Shown here piece by piece: positions 63,106 to 64,000 of a stretch of DNA of 64,000 nucleotides. How positions within the stretch are numbered: position 1 is the stretch's first letter; each line of letters opens with the position of its first letter. A model generated the notes under the pieces. The model was not told the DNA's origin and did not search any database. It saw nothing but the letters and a program-made list of their open reading frames with translations. Made by a program: the position numbers and the translations under genes. The stretch comes from Candidatus Marinacidobacterales bacterium (GTDB taxonomy: Bacteria; Acidobacteriota; Vicinamibacteria; Marinacidobacterales; DATDRI01). The stretch lies in assembly GCA_965219415.1 (NCBI GenBank), contig OZ244742.1, forward strand, positions 544,001 through 608,000, given 5' to 3'.

Positions 63106-64000
63106 GTGAAGAGTCTCCTCGGCAACCTACTCGTTCTTGCGCTGTCGACCGTACTCGGCCTCATCCTCCTCGAGACGGCTTATCGGTTCTATCTTTTCGG
63201 TTGGGACGCCTTTTCCACCGAAAAGGTGAATAGCGTGAACGCGCTCGGGCTTTCCGGCTTGCTGCAGCCGTCCTCCAACACGGATCTCGTCTTCGAGCTC
63301 AAGCCCAATGTCGATACGTACTTCAAATTGGTTCCCTTCCAGACCAACTCGCAGGGGTTGCGCGACAAGGAATACGCACTCGATAAACCGACCGGTGTTC
63401 TTCCGTGTCGCGGTGCTCGGGGATTCGTTCACTTTACCCAGCGGCGTCGCCATCGAAGATGCGTTTCACTCCCCACTCGAAGATCGCTTGAATTTAGGCA
63501 AGGAGTCGACGCGTTACGAATTCATCAACTTCGCGGTGGGTGCCTATACCCTGCAGCAATACCTAAGCGCGATTCGACACAGGGCCATGGAATACGATCC
63601 CGATTTGATCCTCATCGGCTTTTGCGCCGGTAACGATCACAAGGTGTTCCTGCCCGACCGATTCCCTGATCGCTACCGTCCCAAAGGGCGGACCTATCCC
63701 TTCTACGGTTCGTTCGTGGTCAACGCGGTCGCCCTCAAGTTGCAAGAATCCCAGGTGGAGGAGGAACGAGGCCGCCTCACAGATCGGCAAGCTCGCTATC
63801 TAGAAAGGGTCTTCGGTGAGCTGGCGGCGTTCAGCGAAGCGGAAGAGATCCCCGTTGTGCTGGTATACCTTTCGAACCAGGAGGAAAACTACCAAACCAT
63901 CGAAGAGCTGGCGTTGGCCAACGGCATCGAGCATTTTCTCGACGTGAGCTCGGCCTTCCGCGGGACGAAGCTCTCCGACTATCGAATCCTCCCCATCGAC
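63106..64000 (+). CDS. Membrane-anchored SGNH/GDSL hydrolase-like protein, partial; frameshift ~63400
   Basis: TM helix, TNSQGLRD, then in the shifted frame RVAVLGDSFT, INFAVGAY, PDLILIGFCAGND. Confidence 0.82.

Noticed and set aside
479-63790. Numerous antisense and alternate-frame ORFs in the track
   Set aside because: Shadow ORFs expected in high-GC DNA, overlapping well-supported genes

Overview
High-GC bacterial chromosome segment. The ADOP-type duplicated permease, Ser/Thr kinase-TPR protein and gene repertoire suggest Acidobacteriota (inference, not verified). Housekeeping blocks: fused LeuD-LeuC aconitase-family dehydratase plus ETF-QO, BamA-like protein, cystathionine beta-synthase, pyk, class A PBP with a sugar operon, mmuM, MoxR-DUF58-transglutaminase, mtnP/mce/meaB/acyl-CoA dehydrogenase, mtgA, tRNA-Met and tRNA-Val. 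These are interleaved with many mobile elements: IS3, IS256 (2 full, 2 remnants), IS110, ISL3, an IS91-like scrap, a REP-associated tyrosine transposase and two tyrosine integrases. Best observations: (1) a ~6.6 kb integrative element inserted in the 3' end of pyk, with a 20-bp att duplication, an outward promoter and a structured leader; (2) a hidden DUF3179 selenoprotein candidate (in-frame UGA plus SECIS-like hairpin); (3) a RAYT gene flanked by inverted GGGGTCGGATC repeats, with a stand-alone REPIN-like doublet 18 kb away; (4) a candidate orphan IS110 bridge-RNA end; (5) a swivel-first aconitase-family fusion next to an ETF-QO that lacks one Fe-S cysteine. Many genes carry single-base frameshifts, most likely long-read assembly errors. 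All calls come from reading motifs by eye; no database search was run.
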